Positions 1 through 41,158 are shown, counted from the stretch's first letter. The stretch is DNA of 64,000 bases from Octopus vulgaris (GCA_951406725.2 OX597823.1:89590001-89654000); one strand, 5' to 3'. A program made the numbers and translations. The notes: generated from the letters alone by a model not told the origin.

Positions 1-475
1 ATTATTATTATTGTTATTATTATTGTTCTTCTTCTTCTTATTATTATTATTATTTATATATTATCTCTGAATTAAAGGAAGTTCTAGGATAGAATGTTTT
101 TAATCATAGATCTGTGTAACCAAGGCAGGTAACCTGGAGCCAAACATCAGCAGCAACAATAACAGTGACATTTAGCCTGTCTTCTTACTATCAACCTTCT
201 GGCATGATGCATTTGTCCTAAACAAATATAAAATCACCCCTTATCCGGTTTGAAAAAAAATAGTCACTTGTAGTTTTTGTTGTTGTTGACTTTGTTTTGT
301 TTTGTTTTTCTGTCCATTAATTAAGGTTGCCTTGCAGAGGAGAACAGGTCAACAAAAACATTCAGTTCATGAACTGACTTCTCACTTTCCAGACTACTTC
401 TTAATGCAATTAGTATTTCCTCATTTAATGAACATTGATCTGTCAGCTCATTATCTTAATACATAAAACTGGAGA

Positions 476-506
<31 letters not shown>

Positions 507-594
507 CATAAACTACAGTTTTGCACTAACATAGCTGAAATTCTGCATAAAGGAGTGAGGCCTATATGTTTTCCAAGATCATAGTATATGTGAC

Positions 595-596
<2 letters not shown>

Positions 597-692
<96 letters not shown>
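597..692. repeat. (CT)n(CA)n microsatellite
   Basis: Read directly from the sequence. Confidence 0.95.
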
Positions 693-693
<1 letters not shown>

Positions 694-1661
694 TGCATAC
701 ACATGCCGCATGCACAAACACACACACATGTATGTATGGGTATATATATGTGTGTGTGTATATATATATATATATAGTTATTAGTAAGGGATCATCAATC
801 CGGTAAAATATTTTACAAGTTCTCTGTTAGTATAGCAGGCTAACAATATCGTTTAGATGTTTTCAACTGATTAATGGGCCGATTGAGTAAGCCGATCAAT
901 AACAAACCTATAATGACTACTGGAAACAGTTGTAAGTTAAATTTACTGCATTAAAGAAATACATTATAACCATTATTTATGCCTTGTCTTGTATATCATC
1001 ATCACCATCGTTTAATGTCAGCTTTCCATGCTAGCATGGGTTGGATGATTTGACTGAGGACTGGCGAACCACATGGCTGCATCAGGCTCCAATCTGATCT
1101 GGCAAAGTTTCTACAGCTGGATGCCCTTCCTAATGCCAACCACTCTGAGAGTGTAGTGGGTGCTTTTACGTGTCACTAGCACAAGGGCCAGTCAAGCGGT
1201 ACTGGTAATGGCCATGCTCAAATGGTGTCTTGTACATGCCACCTGCACAGGAGCCAGTCCAGCGGCACTGGCAATGACCTCGCTCAAATTTTATTTTCAT
1301 GTGCCACCGGCACAAGTGCCAGTAAGGCAGCACTGGTAACGATAATACCTGAATTGTGCTTTTTACATGCCACTGGCACGAAAGCCTGTTAGCTGCTCTG
1401 GCAACGATCACGCTCGGATGGTGCTCTTAGCGCTCCACTAGCACGGATGCCAGTCGTCGAATTTGATTTCGATTTCGATTACATATGTATAGGTGCATGA
1501 GTAGCTGTGTGGTAAGTAGCTTGCTTACCAACCACATGGTTCCGGGTTCAGTCCCACTGTGTGGCACCTTGGGCAAAGTGTCTCCTACTATAGCCTTGGG
1601 CCGACTTAAGCCTTGTGAGTGGATTTGGTAGACAGAAACTGAAAGAAGCCTGTCGTGTCTA

Positions 1662-3409
1662 TCTATTATATAAAATCCATTCTGTGTGTGTCTTCTAGGA
1701 TCTAGGGCTTCCTCCATCCAATTGCGCTCAAATTTGATATGTAGATACCCACGGTATCAGGGCATGTATAAGTCTTGAAAAAATTACAAAAATCAATTCC
1801 AGGTGAGAATGCAATCGATAAAGCCGTGGGAACATATGATCGAGTACATCAGCTCTTGCATTTGATACTACGCGTACGTGAGAAAAATGCTTAAAGGCAC
1901 ATTTCTTTCCTGCCAAGCTTACAGTTTAAACCATGTTTATGTTCTCCCAGTCAACAGCCTTATCATTACTGATACTTTAAATTCTTCGGTTGCATATTTG
2001 TGTGAATAAAATCGTTTTTCTTTGGAATAGAAAAAAAGTCTATCTTTATTTCTTCTTTTGCTGGTGTCTCAAATTTAGGTTAAATCAGTGTTTCTCAAAG
2101 GGAAGGCCTGTGGGACAGTTGGACAAGTTATTTTGAGAAAATTTGGTTTAAATGTTTGACAACTCAGCACCGTCCATTGGACGTGGGGGGGGGGGGCTTT
2201 TGCTCATATATATATAATATAAATTGGACATGTGCGATCGTTGTATTCTTTCTTGTGAAAAATGGCACATATGTGGAGACGGGTGCATAGATTGGAATGC
2301 GGTTTGTATTTTTTCCTACCCCCCATAGTTACCAAGAAGATTGATTAAAACTTTTCTAATGGAATTCCCCTGCCATTAAAACAACCAGTTGCTCACACAG
2401 CCGACATATACCATTTCGCTAGCAACAAGGGGAGTACAGGATGACAGTTGGCCAAAGCCATTCATACATACATACATACATACATAACCTCTCTCTCCTT
2501 TTCTCTGTCAGTCACTCATACATTCACTCACAACAAAAAGTGAATAATAAAATTTCAGTTAACTCTCTCTCGGCCATACATAGATACATACATCTATGTA
2601 TACATACATACATTCATACACACATAACAACCTGCGTGTGTGTGTGTGTGTGTGTCACTGAAGCCATTCCTACATACATATATAACCTCTCTCTCTCTCG
2701 CTTTTTCTCTGTCATTCACTCACTACAAAAAGTGAATAAAAAAATGTCAGTTATCTCTCTCTCTCCCTCTTTCTCTCTCTCACATGTACACACACCAGCA
2801 ACATTACTCTCTCTCTGTCTCTTCAACACACAAACAAAAGCAATTCACATGCACACCACACATTCTGTCTCGCACACTCCATCAAACACACACACACACA
2901 CATGCATGCACATCAATTCTTCCGCTTCACACCAACTTCAAAAGAACTTCACTCATATAATCGCGCTCTGTCTGTCTCTTTTGCTTTCATATCGACTTCG
3001 AAAGATCCCCTTTACACCCATACCCATATTAAAAAAATATAAATTTTTTCCGGAAACTGATGATCATCTTCAAAAATGTAAATAAACACATGTGGTTTAT
3101 AAGTGGTTTGTAAGTGACAGTCATATGTTCCCATATCGAAAGATCGCCCAGTGTTTTGATGATTAGATAGAGGTCCAATAGAATAGCTCTCAGAAACAGA
3201 CTACGTACAAATTAATACTTCACAACTCCTGAAGCTGTTTTCTGACAAGGAGGTGGGATCAGGAAATTTTCATACAGCTTGAGGCTCCAATCGAAACAGG
3301 GGACCCAAAATGATAAGGTTGAGAAGTGCTGTTATAGATTATGCCTAACCGAAAACAATCACAGTTACATCATTCAAACAGACCGGGTGAAACCGGGCTT
3401 AGCTACTTG
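1662..3409 (+). mobile_element. non-autonomous Helitron-like element
   Basis: a|TCTATTATATAAAA 5' end; 3' GC-rich ccgggtgaaaccggg followed by cttagctaCTTG|t (CTAG variant); internal microsatellites; no TSD. Confidence 0.5.
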
Positions 3410-3724
3410 TATATATATATATATCATCATCATCATCAACATCATCATCATTTAATGTCCGTATGTATGTGTCTATATGTATATATATGTGTATGCATAT
3501 GTTTGTGTGTCTGTGTTTGGCCCCACCCCCACCCCACATCCTCTCTTGTCAACTGATGTTGGTGTGTTTACATCCCTGTAAATTAGCAGTTCAGCAAAAG
3601 AGACGGATAGAACAAGTACTAGGCTTACAAAAAATAAATCCTAGGGTCGATTTGGTCAACTAATGGCAGCGCTCCAGTATGGCCGTGGTCAAATGACTGA
3701 AACAAATAAAAGAATATATACATA

Positions 3725-5955
3725 CATCATCATCATCATCATCATCATCATTTAGCGTCCGTTTTCCATGCTAGCATGGGTTGGACGGTTCAACTGGGGT
3801 CTGGGGAGCCCGAAGGCTGCACCAGGCCAGTCAGATCTGGCAGTGTTTCTACAGCTGGATGCCCTTCCTAACGCCAACCACTCCGAGAGTGTAGTGGGTG
3901 ATTTTATGTGCCACCGACACAGGTGCCAGACGAGGCTGGCGAACGGCCACGCTCGGATGGTGTTTTTATGTGCCACCGACACAGGTGCCAGACGAGGCTG
4001 GCAGACGGCCACGCTCGGATGGTGTTTTTATGTGCCACCGACACAGGTGCCAGATGAGGCTGGCAGGTGCCAGACGAGGCTGGCAGACGGCCACGCTCGG
4101 ATGGTGTTTTTATGTGCCACCGACACAGGTGCCAGATGAGGCTGGCGGACGGCCACGATCGGATGGTGTTTGTTACGTCCCCAAAGCACGGAGGCCAGTC
4201 TATGCGGTACTGGCTACGGCCACGTTCGGATGATTTTCTTGTGTGCCACCGGCACTGGTACCACAAAGATACAAATTCCATTTATGTTCATCTATTTTGA
4301 TTTGTTTTGATTTGATTTGATTTTCACTTGCCTCAACAGGTCTTCACAAGTGTCACAAGAAGGAAGGTATGCACAGGTGGACTGTCTACGTCGCCGGGTC
4401 TTCGGATGGTGTCTTTATGTGCCACCGACACAGGTGCCAGATGTGGCTGGCGAACGGCCACGATCGGATGGTTTTCTTGTGTGCCACCGGTACTGGAACC
4501 ACAAAGATACAAATTCCATTGATGTTCATCTATTTTGATTTGGTTTGATTTTCACTTGCCTCAACAGGTCTTCACAAGTGTCACGCGTGTCACACACTTG
4601 CCTCAACAGGTCTCCACAAGTGTCACACACTTGCCTCTGCCTCAACAGGTCTTCACAAAGTGTCACACACTTGCCTCTGCCTCAACAGGTCTTCACAAGT
4701 GTCATAAGAGGGAAGGTATGCACAGGTGGACTGACTACGTCGCCGGGTCTTTGGATGGTGTTTTTATGTGCCACCGACACAGGTGCCAGGTGAGGCTGGC
4801 GAACGGCCACGATCAGATGGTGTTTGTTGTGCCCACAGCACGGAGGCCAGTCGATGCGGTACCAGCTACGGCCACGTTCGGATGGTTTTCTTGTGTGCCA
4901 CCGGTACTGGAACCACAAAGATACAAATTCCATTGATATTCATCTATTTTGATTTGGTTTGATTTTCACTTGCCTCAACAGGTCTTCACAAGGGTCACAC
5001 ACTTGCCTCAACGGGTCTCCACAAGTGTCACACACTTGCCTCTGCCTCAACAGGTCTTCACAAGTGTCACACACTTGCCTCAACAGGTCTTCACAAGTGT
5101 CATAAGAGGGAAGGTATGCACAGGTGGACTGACTACGTCGCCGGGTCTTCGGATGGTGTCTTTATGTGCCACCGGCACAGGTGCCAGATGAGGCTGGCGA
5201 ACGGCCACGATCGGATGGTGTTTGTTGTGCCCACAGCACGGAGGCCAGTCGATGCGGTACTGGTTACGGCCACGTTTGGGTGGTTTTCTTGTGTGCCACC
5301 GGCACTGGTACCACAAAGAATACAATTCCACTGATGTTCATCTATTTTGATTTGTTTTGATTTGATTTGATTTGATTTTCACTTGCCTCAACAGGTCTTC
5401 ATAAGTGTCACAAGAAGGAAGGTATGCACAGGACTGACTACGTCCCAGGTCGGGGCCACGGGTTATGGCCTGACTAGTCTTGCCGGGTCTTCTCATGCAC
5501 AGCATACTTCCATAGGTCTCGGTCTCTAGACATTTCCTTAGTGAGACCTAAAGTTCGAAGGTCGTGCTTCACCACCTCGTCCCAGGTTTTCCTGGGTCTA
5601 CCTCTTCCACAGGTTCCCTCCACTGCTAGGGTGTAGCACTTTTGCACACAACTATCTTCAGCCTTTCTTGTCACATGACCATACCAGCGCAGCCGTCTCT
5701 CTTGCACGCCACAACTGACGCTTCTTAGGTTCAGCTTTTCTCTCAAGGAACTTACACTCTGACGATTATGAACACTGACATTACACATCCATCGGAGCAT
5801 ACTGGCTTCATTTCTTGCGAGCTTACGCATATCCTCAGCAGTCACGGCCCATGTTTCACTACCATGTAGCATGGCTGTACGTACACATGCATCATACAGT
5901 CTGCCTTTTACTCTGAGCGAGAGGCCTTTTGTCACCAGCAGGGGTAAGAGCTCTC
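3725..5955 (-). mobile_element. 5'-truncated RTE LINE: C-terminal ORF (5474-5955) plus an expanded tandem-repeat 3'UTR and (GAT)n tail
   Basis: The ORF TKGLSLRVKGRLYDACVRTAMLHGSETW...GRPRKTWDEVVKHDL is closely similar to the 61.8-kb copy. The 3'UTR has ~57-bp units and ~410-bp higher-order repeats. Confidence 0.9.
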
Positions 5956-6132
5956 TACTTTTCCAATATTCAGATGTCTTCTAGTCCTCCATGTCAGCTA
6001 ACTTTTTCTCAACTACAGCTTTAATCTTCATGTTCTCCAACACCACAGACTGTCCACCAATACATTGAACTGTTCTTGAAAAAAGGAAGCATATTAAAAT
6101 AATCATCAAATTTAGCCTGAACACTCTATGTA

Positions 6133-6352
6133 TGGTGGGGTGATGAAAAGTTCCTGACTTTGGGTGAAAGAAAATACAGATGGATCAGTTAATTATGATT
6201 TTATTCAACGTATTCCCCTTTCAGATTCACACCACACTTACTCCAGCACTCCTTCAGTTTTTCTAATCCCTGTAAAAGAACTCAGAAGGTTGGTCATCCA
6301 ACCAGGTGTTTCACAATACCCTTAAAGCCAGAAACTTTCCAGCACCCACTCA
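6133..6352. mobile_element. mariner-type MITE (~220 bp)
   Basis: Degenerate TIRs tggggtgatgaaaagttcctgacttt / aaagccagaaactttccagcaccca. Confidence 0.6.
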
Positions 6353-8704
6353 TGCATGTGTGTGTATGTGTGTGTGTGTGGGGGGGTAGCACGGTGTATG
6401 TAAGAAGTTTCTTTCCCAGACATGTGATTTGCAGTTCAGTCTTGGATGATGCTACCTTGTGCAAGTGTCCTCTTGTATAGCCCTAGGCCAACCATGAGTT
6501 CATGAGTGGAAACTGAAATGATGCCCATTTTGTATGTGTGTGTGTGAGTGTGTGTGTGTGTGCACATGTGAGTGTGTTTATGCATTTGTTTCTCCTAGTC
6601 CTGACTTTATATGACAGTTGTAAACAAGCTTGACCATCACAGAAGTGGTGTCATTTCAAATCTACAGTCAATCGGAAATATTATCTTGCTTAGAAACAAG
6701 AGAAAGTTGCAACAGTGGTGGTGGTTGGTGATGGTGTTAATGTTTGAATTTACAAGAGATAAGGGAGATATTTGTGTGGTATGAACATGTGGTGTGTGAT
6801 GAGAAGAGAGAAAGAGAGAGAGACAGACAGACAGAGTGAATGAAAGAAAGAGAGAGTGACACATGAATGAAAATAAAGAAATGCCAGCTAGAGTTTGAAT
6901 GAAATGATTGATTGATATAATATACACAGACTGACTGGGTTACATAATATTGATTTTAGGTCAGATATAGAAAAAGATGGAGCAAGGATTACAGCAAAAA
7001 CATAAGTATTAAACATAAAATTAGCCAACCTGAGGAAGCTTTTTTATATATGGAATACACTACTTATACATAGCACACTGCCTTTATTTCAGTTCATTTT
7101 GAAAATGAAGAAGAATTCACTAAAATAACTTAGATATTATGAAGCAGGTGTTTGGAGCATGAATTAACATGAAATTTTGATAGAAGGTTTTTAGAACACT
7201 TTGAAACAGGAAGTTTGTATCATTCAAACAGGGAGTGATCCCAGTCAGGTTGATATGAAAAGAGTTAAATCACATCCTACTGGATGATGTAGTCTGGGAT
7301 TTACTGTGGTTAAATACAAAATGGCTGGATGGTCATGGCTGGGATACCTTTGGGCATAGTTCTGCTTAATCCTTTTGTGAACATATTTCTGGTGAATTAT
7401 ATTGCCTTAGTTTCAATTAAATTTCAAAATAATTGAGAATTTAGTAAAATATATCATGGAACCAAGGCTAGACTCTGGTAGATCAAAAAAAAAAAGATCA
7501 AAGGTCCTTCCCAAGCTACAGGCTTATAAGGATGTTTCCTGGATTCAGTGGATATATATCCCATGCTTGGATAGGATGCTAGACCATCACAAGATTTCTC
7601 ATTTTACCAGTGAGTGGACTGGAACAATATGAAATGAAGTGTTTTGCTCAAGAACACAATGAGCCCCTTTGTCCAGGCATCAAAACTGCAATCTTGTAAT
7701 CATGAGTGCAACACTCTAACTATTAAGCCACATGCCTCCACAGTTTCTGTCAGGCTAGCATCAAAAGGGTTAAGAACTTAATCCATGGCAAATTGACCAG
7801 GTTGTTAGAGTGTTAGAGGCAAAATCATTAGTGTCAGATAAAATGAATAGCAGCATTTGAACACCACAAAGTCATGGATGTTGACTTTACCTTTCATCAT
7901 AAGTGCCAGCTGGACACTGGTCAATGTAATTGACTAAATCCCTTCCTCCAAAACTGATAGCCTTAAGCCAAAATCTGCAACTATTATTTATTCCAATTCT
8001 CTTTACTCTGAGGTTAACTTTATCTTTCATGCTTTCAGGGTCATGAAAAATTTCCAATCCAAGACAGCAAATTAGGATACCTGCAAGAACATCAAATTAG
8101 ACTGCTTTGCAGACTGTGTTCTGGCTCTTTGCTTTGAGAGTTCAAATCCTGTTATGTCCTACATGACAGATAGACTTAACCCATTACCCAGTTTAATACC
8201 ACCACCTAGGTGTCTTTAGCTGAGTCCACTCTGTTGCAAGCATTCAGGACAGATTTCTGGCTTGAAGATGATGTCCTCTTTTAAAAACATACATACAAGT
8301 GCAGGAATGACTGTGTGGTTAAGGAGCATACTGTGCAACCACATGGTTTCAGGTTCAGTCCCACTGTGCAGCACCTTGGGTAAGTGTCTTCTAACATAGC
8401 CTGAGCCAACCAATGCCTTGTAAGTGAATTTGGTAGACAGAAACTGGGTGGAAGCCTGTTGTGTATATGTGTGTATGTGTGTATTTGTGCTTGACCCCAC
8501 CTCCCACTTGACAACCAGTGTTGGTTTGTTCTCATCCCTATAACTTAGTGATTCAGCAAAAGAGAAAGATAGGATAAATTCAGCTTAAAAAAGTTAATAC
8601 TCAGATCAACTTATTCAACTGTACACTTCAAAGCAGTGTCCCAGCATGGCTGCAGTCCTGTGACTAAGACAGGTAAAAGATAATATAGATAATAGATATA
8701 TATA

Positions 8705-9969
8705 TCAGGTCATTAAGAAAGAAATGTCTGATTTTGAACTGAAAGTTTATTTTATCTCAACAAAAAGCAATGCAGTTAATCAAAGTATGCACCTTAATTA
8801 TCAACACAATTTTGCCATTTTATTGGTAGCATGGTGGCAGCAAAGAATTCTGGAGAGCAAGAGGTAATGATATCATGAAAGATTGTTTTTTCATCTTCTT
8901 CAAATTTTTCATTGCAAAAAGTTGTCTAATACCTGGAATCCGTGATAGTCAGCTGGTGCAAAGTCTGGTGAATATGGTGGATGGCAGAGTACTTCCAAGT
9001 TCAGTTCCTGTAACTTGAATAGCATTCTTTGGACAACATGCGGTTGAACATTGTCTTGCAAGAGAATTGGCCTGTTTCTATTGGCCAATCTTGGTTGTTT
9101 AATTGAAAGTTCACTCATCATTTCATCTTATTGCTGATGTTCACATCCGCTGTAATTGACTTACCAGGTTTCATGAAGCTGTAGTGGATGACACCAGCAC
9201 TGCACCACCAAATAGACACCATTAGCATTTTTTGGTGAATATTCTTTTTTGGATTGTGTTTTGGCACTTCATCTATATCAAACCACCATGCAGAATGCTT
9301 GCTATTACTGAAAAGAATCCACTTTTCATCACACATAACAGTATCATGCAAAAATGGTTCACTTTTATGCCATGACAGCAAAGAACAGCAAGTTTCAAGA
9401 CAATATTTCATTTGATGCTCATTCAGTTCATGTGGTACCCACCTGTCCAGCTTCTTTACCTTGCTGATTTGTTTCAGATGGTCTAATACAGTTGGAATCA
9501 AAACATCAAACCTTGCTGCTAACTCACGTGTAGTTTGAGATGTATCTGCTTCCACTACAGAGTCTAACTCATCATTAGCCACCTTGGTCTCAGGTCTACC
9601 ACAGGGCTGATTTTCAAGACTAAAGTCACCAGACCAGAACTTCTCAAACTACCAATGTACAGTGCATTCATTCATCACATCTTCACCTAACACCTCATTG
9701 ATATTTTGAGCTGTCTGGGATGAATTGGTTCCATGATGGAACTTATATTCATAAACAACATGAATTTTTGATCTATCCATGGATTCACAAAAGTTGATTT
9801 ACAAGAGAAAACTCACAATATAATCAGACATCATGAATTGCATTTCTAAAACTGATGATGTAACTCTTCAATGTTGTAAAACAAAGAATTGTCAGAATAA
9901 AACATTAGAGTTAACGACTGTCAAACTCAGTGCATAAGAAAATCCGACATTTCATTCTTAATGACTTGA
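8705..9969 (-). mobile_element. full-length mariner fossil (1265 bp)
   Basis: ~30-bp TIRs (tcaggtcattaagaaagaaatgtctgattt / aaatccgacatttcattcttaatgacttga) in a TA context. Confidence 0.92.
8776..9780 (-). pseudogene. mariner DD34D transposase pseudogene
   Basis: MDRSKIHVVYEYKF, WVPHEL, CDEKWI, LLQDN, HPPYSPDFAPADY, ending YFD*; internal stop and frameshifts. Confidence 0.9.
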
Positions 9970-10779
9970 GATATATGTGTGTGTGTGTATACATATATAT
10001 ATATTTCTTTGCATATTTTTCAATATAACAATAGAAAAGTTAGTTATTTATACAAAACCTCTCCAAATATTTAATTAGTTTAAAAAGATAAATAAGACAT
10101 ATACATATGTTGTATATTTCAATACAACTATGATTATGAAAGAGCTAACACTATTGCACAAATATTATTGTTTAATTGTTGATAAAATTGTCATTTAATT
10201 TTAATCTTTAAAACTCTACCAATAATGAGAAAAATGGTTTCTCTCATAGACAAAAGCAAAAAGATTCAACAGAAAAAACATAATTAAAAAATAGAGTTGT
10301 AAGTAGACCTATAAATAAGATTATAAATATATAAATAAGTGCACATACATAGTTTTATCTTAGATTAAAAATACAAGATAAGTTTACTGTCAAACACCAG
10401 ATGTCCGTCCCACTATGTTGGAATATTTTTTGATTTTGTTTTTCAATGCATCCAGTTAAAATTGATCACATGTGTAACACATTGAAGGTGAATGTTTTGT
10501 GATTTATCTGTATAGATAACACTTGCTGAGTTTTGATTTATGTAGAAAAATCATTAAAATGTTTAGCAATTTAACCCTTTAACACTTACTTATTTAAGCC
10601 TTTCATGTTTTATGGAGCATAGGTCATCCAACGATTTTTTGACCCCGGTATGCAACTGGTATTTATATTATTGATCCTAAAAGAATGAAAGGTAAAGTTG
10701 ACCTTGGCAGAATTTGAACTCAGAATGGAAGGACAGATGAAATGCTGCTAATGTGTGGAAATGATTCTTCCTGTTCACT

Positions 10780-11300
10780 GCCGGGTTGTCAGCAACTAAA
10801 CTGGCAAACCCATCAAGCTTGCTTGGTGAGTAGGGTGATTGTTGGACACCAGGTGGGATGAAAAATAAGACCTGTCAAAGGGCAAAAGAATGACTGTGTA
10901 GTCAATGGCCAATTCAACAAGTACCTTGTGATGAAGTGCCTGTGTGCTCAATTGACCCAGAGAGCTATGCTGGAGGGAGAAAAATCTTCAGTCAGGTCTT
11001 ACCAGACCAGACGGGTGAAAGGGTAGGAGACAAACAAAACTTTAATGACAATAAATCAGATTATTGGCAGCAGGGCGTGGATTTAGTTAATGGCAGGACC
11101 TAACAGATTCCTGGCTTTGAACTAGCAGGATATCATGAAGAGGATCTTGAATACAAGACAATGGATGAGACCCTAATATTCCTAGTTAGATGTAAACTGC
11201 AGGACCACATGGAGCAGTGCCCTGTGAATCCTACAGTACACACAACCAAAACCCCTATGAATCCACACATTCGGGGTGTCCTATAGGATAACCTAGATGA
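10780..11300 (+). mobile_element. probable 5'UTR remnant of a LINE
   Basis: GC-richer non-coding block containing gacccagagagctatgctggaggg, resembling RTE/CR1 5'UTRs; recognition only. Confidence 0.35.
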
Positions 11301-13013
11301 GATGAGATGATGTTCACTGCTATAATAATACTAATAATAGTACTAATAATAATCGTTTCTCCTGTAGGCACAAGGCCTGAAATTTGATGGGAGAGGACTG
11401 GTTGATCACATCAACACCAGTTCTTGATTGGTACTTATTTTATTGACCCCTAAAGGATAACCGTAGGCTGTCTTCTTCCAGGTCTTGTTGGTTTTGAATT
11501 GTCATCAATGCTTTGGTAACTTTGCATTTCTTTCTAGGAGGGGTGTTGCCCCTATGCAAATCTATATTTACCTCTGGGAAGGGTTGGATCATATTCATCT
11601 AACTTCTAACCTTTGACTTACCTAGCATGGGAGGTATCTATCTGGAGCTTACACTTCACTGACATAGCTTTCGGAGTGATTGATACACACAAGCCGCAAC
11701 AAAGACTGAACTTTGGCATGGAACTCTATAATACTAACGTTTATATTTTTTTATACTTTCAAATATTGAACTTTTATGGGAAGAAAGCAGCAAAATTGAA
11801 AGCTTGGATGAGCTCTAAAGATTATGTCTGTTATGAACAACATTAATATACACACTTGAAGCAGCTTTAGATTAAAACACCAGTATGTATAACATGATAT
11901 ATATTAGTGACAGCGGAAGCATTAATACTGAGAAGTAATATTTATCCCCACAGATACACCAGGGTTATAATAAAAGTATCATTCTGTTATACATTTAATC
12001 CTCTTCCTTTCAATTAGAAATAAATATCCAATCTTACAACCTAACTCTTGGGTGCCTTTAGCAGAGGAGTCTGCTCAGTTGCAAGTATTCAACTCGATTC
12101 TCTCTTCTGGTCCAGTAAAACACCATCGCCTGATCCTTGGGTGCCTTTTACAGAAGAGTCCACTTTATTGCAAGCATTCAACCCAGGTCAATGCCATTCA
12201 GAGAAGTCTTTAACAACTCCCTGTAATTTGCATTTCATTTGATGCCAATCCACCTGAGACCATTCCTGGCTTCATGCTACAAACTTCCTGTTTTCAAATG
12301 ATCAAAATTAAAACCTATCATCAAAATTTCATGGTCATTTATGCTCCAAACCAGGCCGGTGGTCTGGCAGAATCCTTAGCACACTGAGCAAGGTGCTTAA
12401 CAGCATTTCGTCCATCTTTATATTACCTTTCATTCTTTCAAGGTCAATAAAATAAGTACCAGTTGAATACTGGGGTCAATGTAATTGACTTAACCATTTC
12501 CCTGAACTTGCTGGCCTTATGTCAAAATTTGAAATCAATTTATGTTCCAAACACCCACTTAATAATGACAAAGACATTTTAATAAATTCTTCTATATTTT
12601 CAAAATTAATTGAAACAAAAAACAATGTGTTTCAGCAGAGATATGGTAACAAAAGAATTCTGTATGTTCAAAGGCATCCCAGTCATGTATGTATGTATGT
12701 ATGGATGGATGGATGGATGGATGTATGGATGGATGGATGCATGCATGCATGTATGTATCACATTTGTAGAATGAAAAGCGCTGGAATGAAAACTGCAAGG
12801 GAATTTTTATGATTCTCTAACAGTAATAATAATAATAATAATAATAATCCTTTCTACTAGAAGCATAAGGCCTCAAATTACATCAACCCCAGTGCATAAC
12901 TGGTACTTATTTAATCAACCCTGAAAAGATGAATGGCAAAGTTGAACTAGGCGGAATTTGAATTCAGAACATAACAGCAGATGAAATACCTCTAAGCATT
13001 TCACCCAGAGTGC

Positions 13014-13048
<35 letters not shown>

Positions 13049-13069
13049 GCAATAATAATAAAAAAACAA

Positions 13070-13545
13070 CCACAATATGACTTTAAGTGTACATCCAAAG
13101 TAAAACCGACTGGATGATACAGCTAGCTAGGCAGCGTGAACAGATTAAGAAAACTGTACTCAATCTCAAATGAGGCATGTTAAAACAGGGAAGAGCTTAA
13201 CCTGCTTGATTATGATGATGATGATAATGAGAACACACCACCCACTAAGGCAGCAAAAAAAAAATGTAAAACAAAAGTCAAACAAGAATGCCTGAAGGAA
13301 ATATGGAGACTGTGGCAAATGGGCATTACCCTAAACAGGCTAGGAAAGTTGATGTAGATATAAGAAGAATCCATCAGTGGTTGCAGAGTGTTGGTTTGAA
13401 AGCCAAAAAAGAAGGATTCATCTTAGTCGCACAAGACCAGAGTCCCCTCACTTGGAACTATCAAGCTAATGTCACACAATGAGGTAGACACAAAGTGTAG
13501 ACTCTGCAATGACAAACTTGTGAGTATTGACCACATTGTTGAAGC
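13070..13545 (+). mobile_element. R4/Dong-like (RLE clade) non-LTR retrotransposon fragment
   Basis: HQWLQSVGLKAKKEGFILVAQDQS and CRLCNDKLVSIDHIV (CCHC knuckle), next to (TAA)n. Confidence 0.7.
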
Positions 13546-13784
13546 CCAACAGCACTCTGCCACCCTTCTCGTCTGTTCTCCCTACTGTCAACTGTATCAT
13601 TGCAAGTCTGTTGCTCCTCTATATACTTGTTTCTCCACTCATTGCATTCCTTTTTGCCTCCTCTTACCCCTTTTCTCTCTCATGAACTCCCTGCTCACAC
13701 ACTTTGCCCAATCCACTACCACTCCATTTGCATTCACCTCCTTGTATCTTGAGAGTATGATCTGGCCCATAGCCACCACTATCT

Positions 13785-13831
<47 letters not shown>

Positions 13832-14802
13832 ATCTCTCTTTCTCTAACTGGAGTAACCATTGCACCTCCTCTACCCCACTATCTTACTTTAACTTCTCAT
13901 CACTTGACACAAAGCTACCACATTTATTGCCATTTCTCCCTCTCATTTGAGGGACTTTGTTTTGACCTGCATGTCACTTGGTGACCTCACCAGTGCTGGT
14001 GCCACATAAAAAGCACCCAATACACTCTGTAAAGTGGCTGGCATTAGGAAGGGCATCCAGCCATAGAAACCATGCCAAATCAACCAACAGAGTTAAGTAC
14101 AGTGCTCTGGCTTGCCAGCTACTATCAAACCATCCAACCCATGCCAGCACGGAAGACAGACATTGGAAGAGGAGGAGAAGGATGATGATGATGATAATGG
14201 AGAACAATAATTCAATAAAAAGGATTTCTCTAACTTTTATATTTTTAAATTAGTCTATTTTAATGATGATGATGATTACAATGATGATGATAATTAATAA
14301 TAAGAAGAAACAAAATAATAACTCACATGCTTACAATGAATGACATCACAAGGTTTACATCCCCCCATTAAAGCAATTAGTGTTTAGAAGTCCTTACCCT
14401 CTTGTCTTAAGATCTAATTAATGTTTGGCCTCATTTATCTCATCTCTTGTGTTTTGTTTGTGTGTAAGCATGTCTACATGCATTCATGTGCGTGTGTATA
14501 TGTGTGTGTATGTATGCGTATATATGCATGTAGATGTGCTGTTTGTCTTTGTTTTGCTAAAGTTTTTTTTTTACTTTTTGTTCTGTCCTCTCCTTTTACT
14601 TTCACACACTTTGCCTTATCTACCACCCCCAAATCTCTCTCTCTCTCTCCCTCTCCCCCCCCCCCTCTCTCTCTATCTGTCTGCCTGCCTTTGCCTTTGT
14701 GATTCAGCTGTACTTTCCCATCAATATGATTAGATAAATAGCACTAATAAGAAACGGAGAATCCATCCTACTTGTTAATTTTTCCAGATCTCCAGCAATA
14801 TC

Positions 14803-41158
<26,356 letters not shown>

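Noticed and set aside
3900-5400. CRISPR-like repeat/spacer arrays (also 26700-27665 and 31100-31860)
   Set aside because: The context is eukaryotic with no cas genes. The spacers are mutually related hairpins, and the arrays lie between the RTE stop codon and its (GAT)n tail.
8205-8285. Exon-like segment DIIFKPEICPECLQQSGLS* on the minus strand
   Set aside because: Similar sequence recurs at 12050-12185, so it is probably a repeat fragment.
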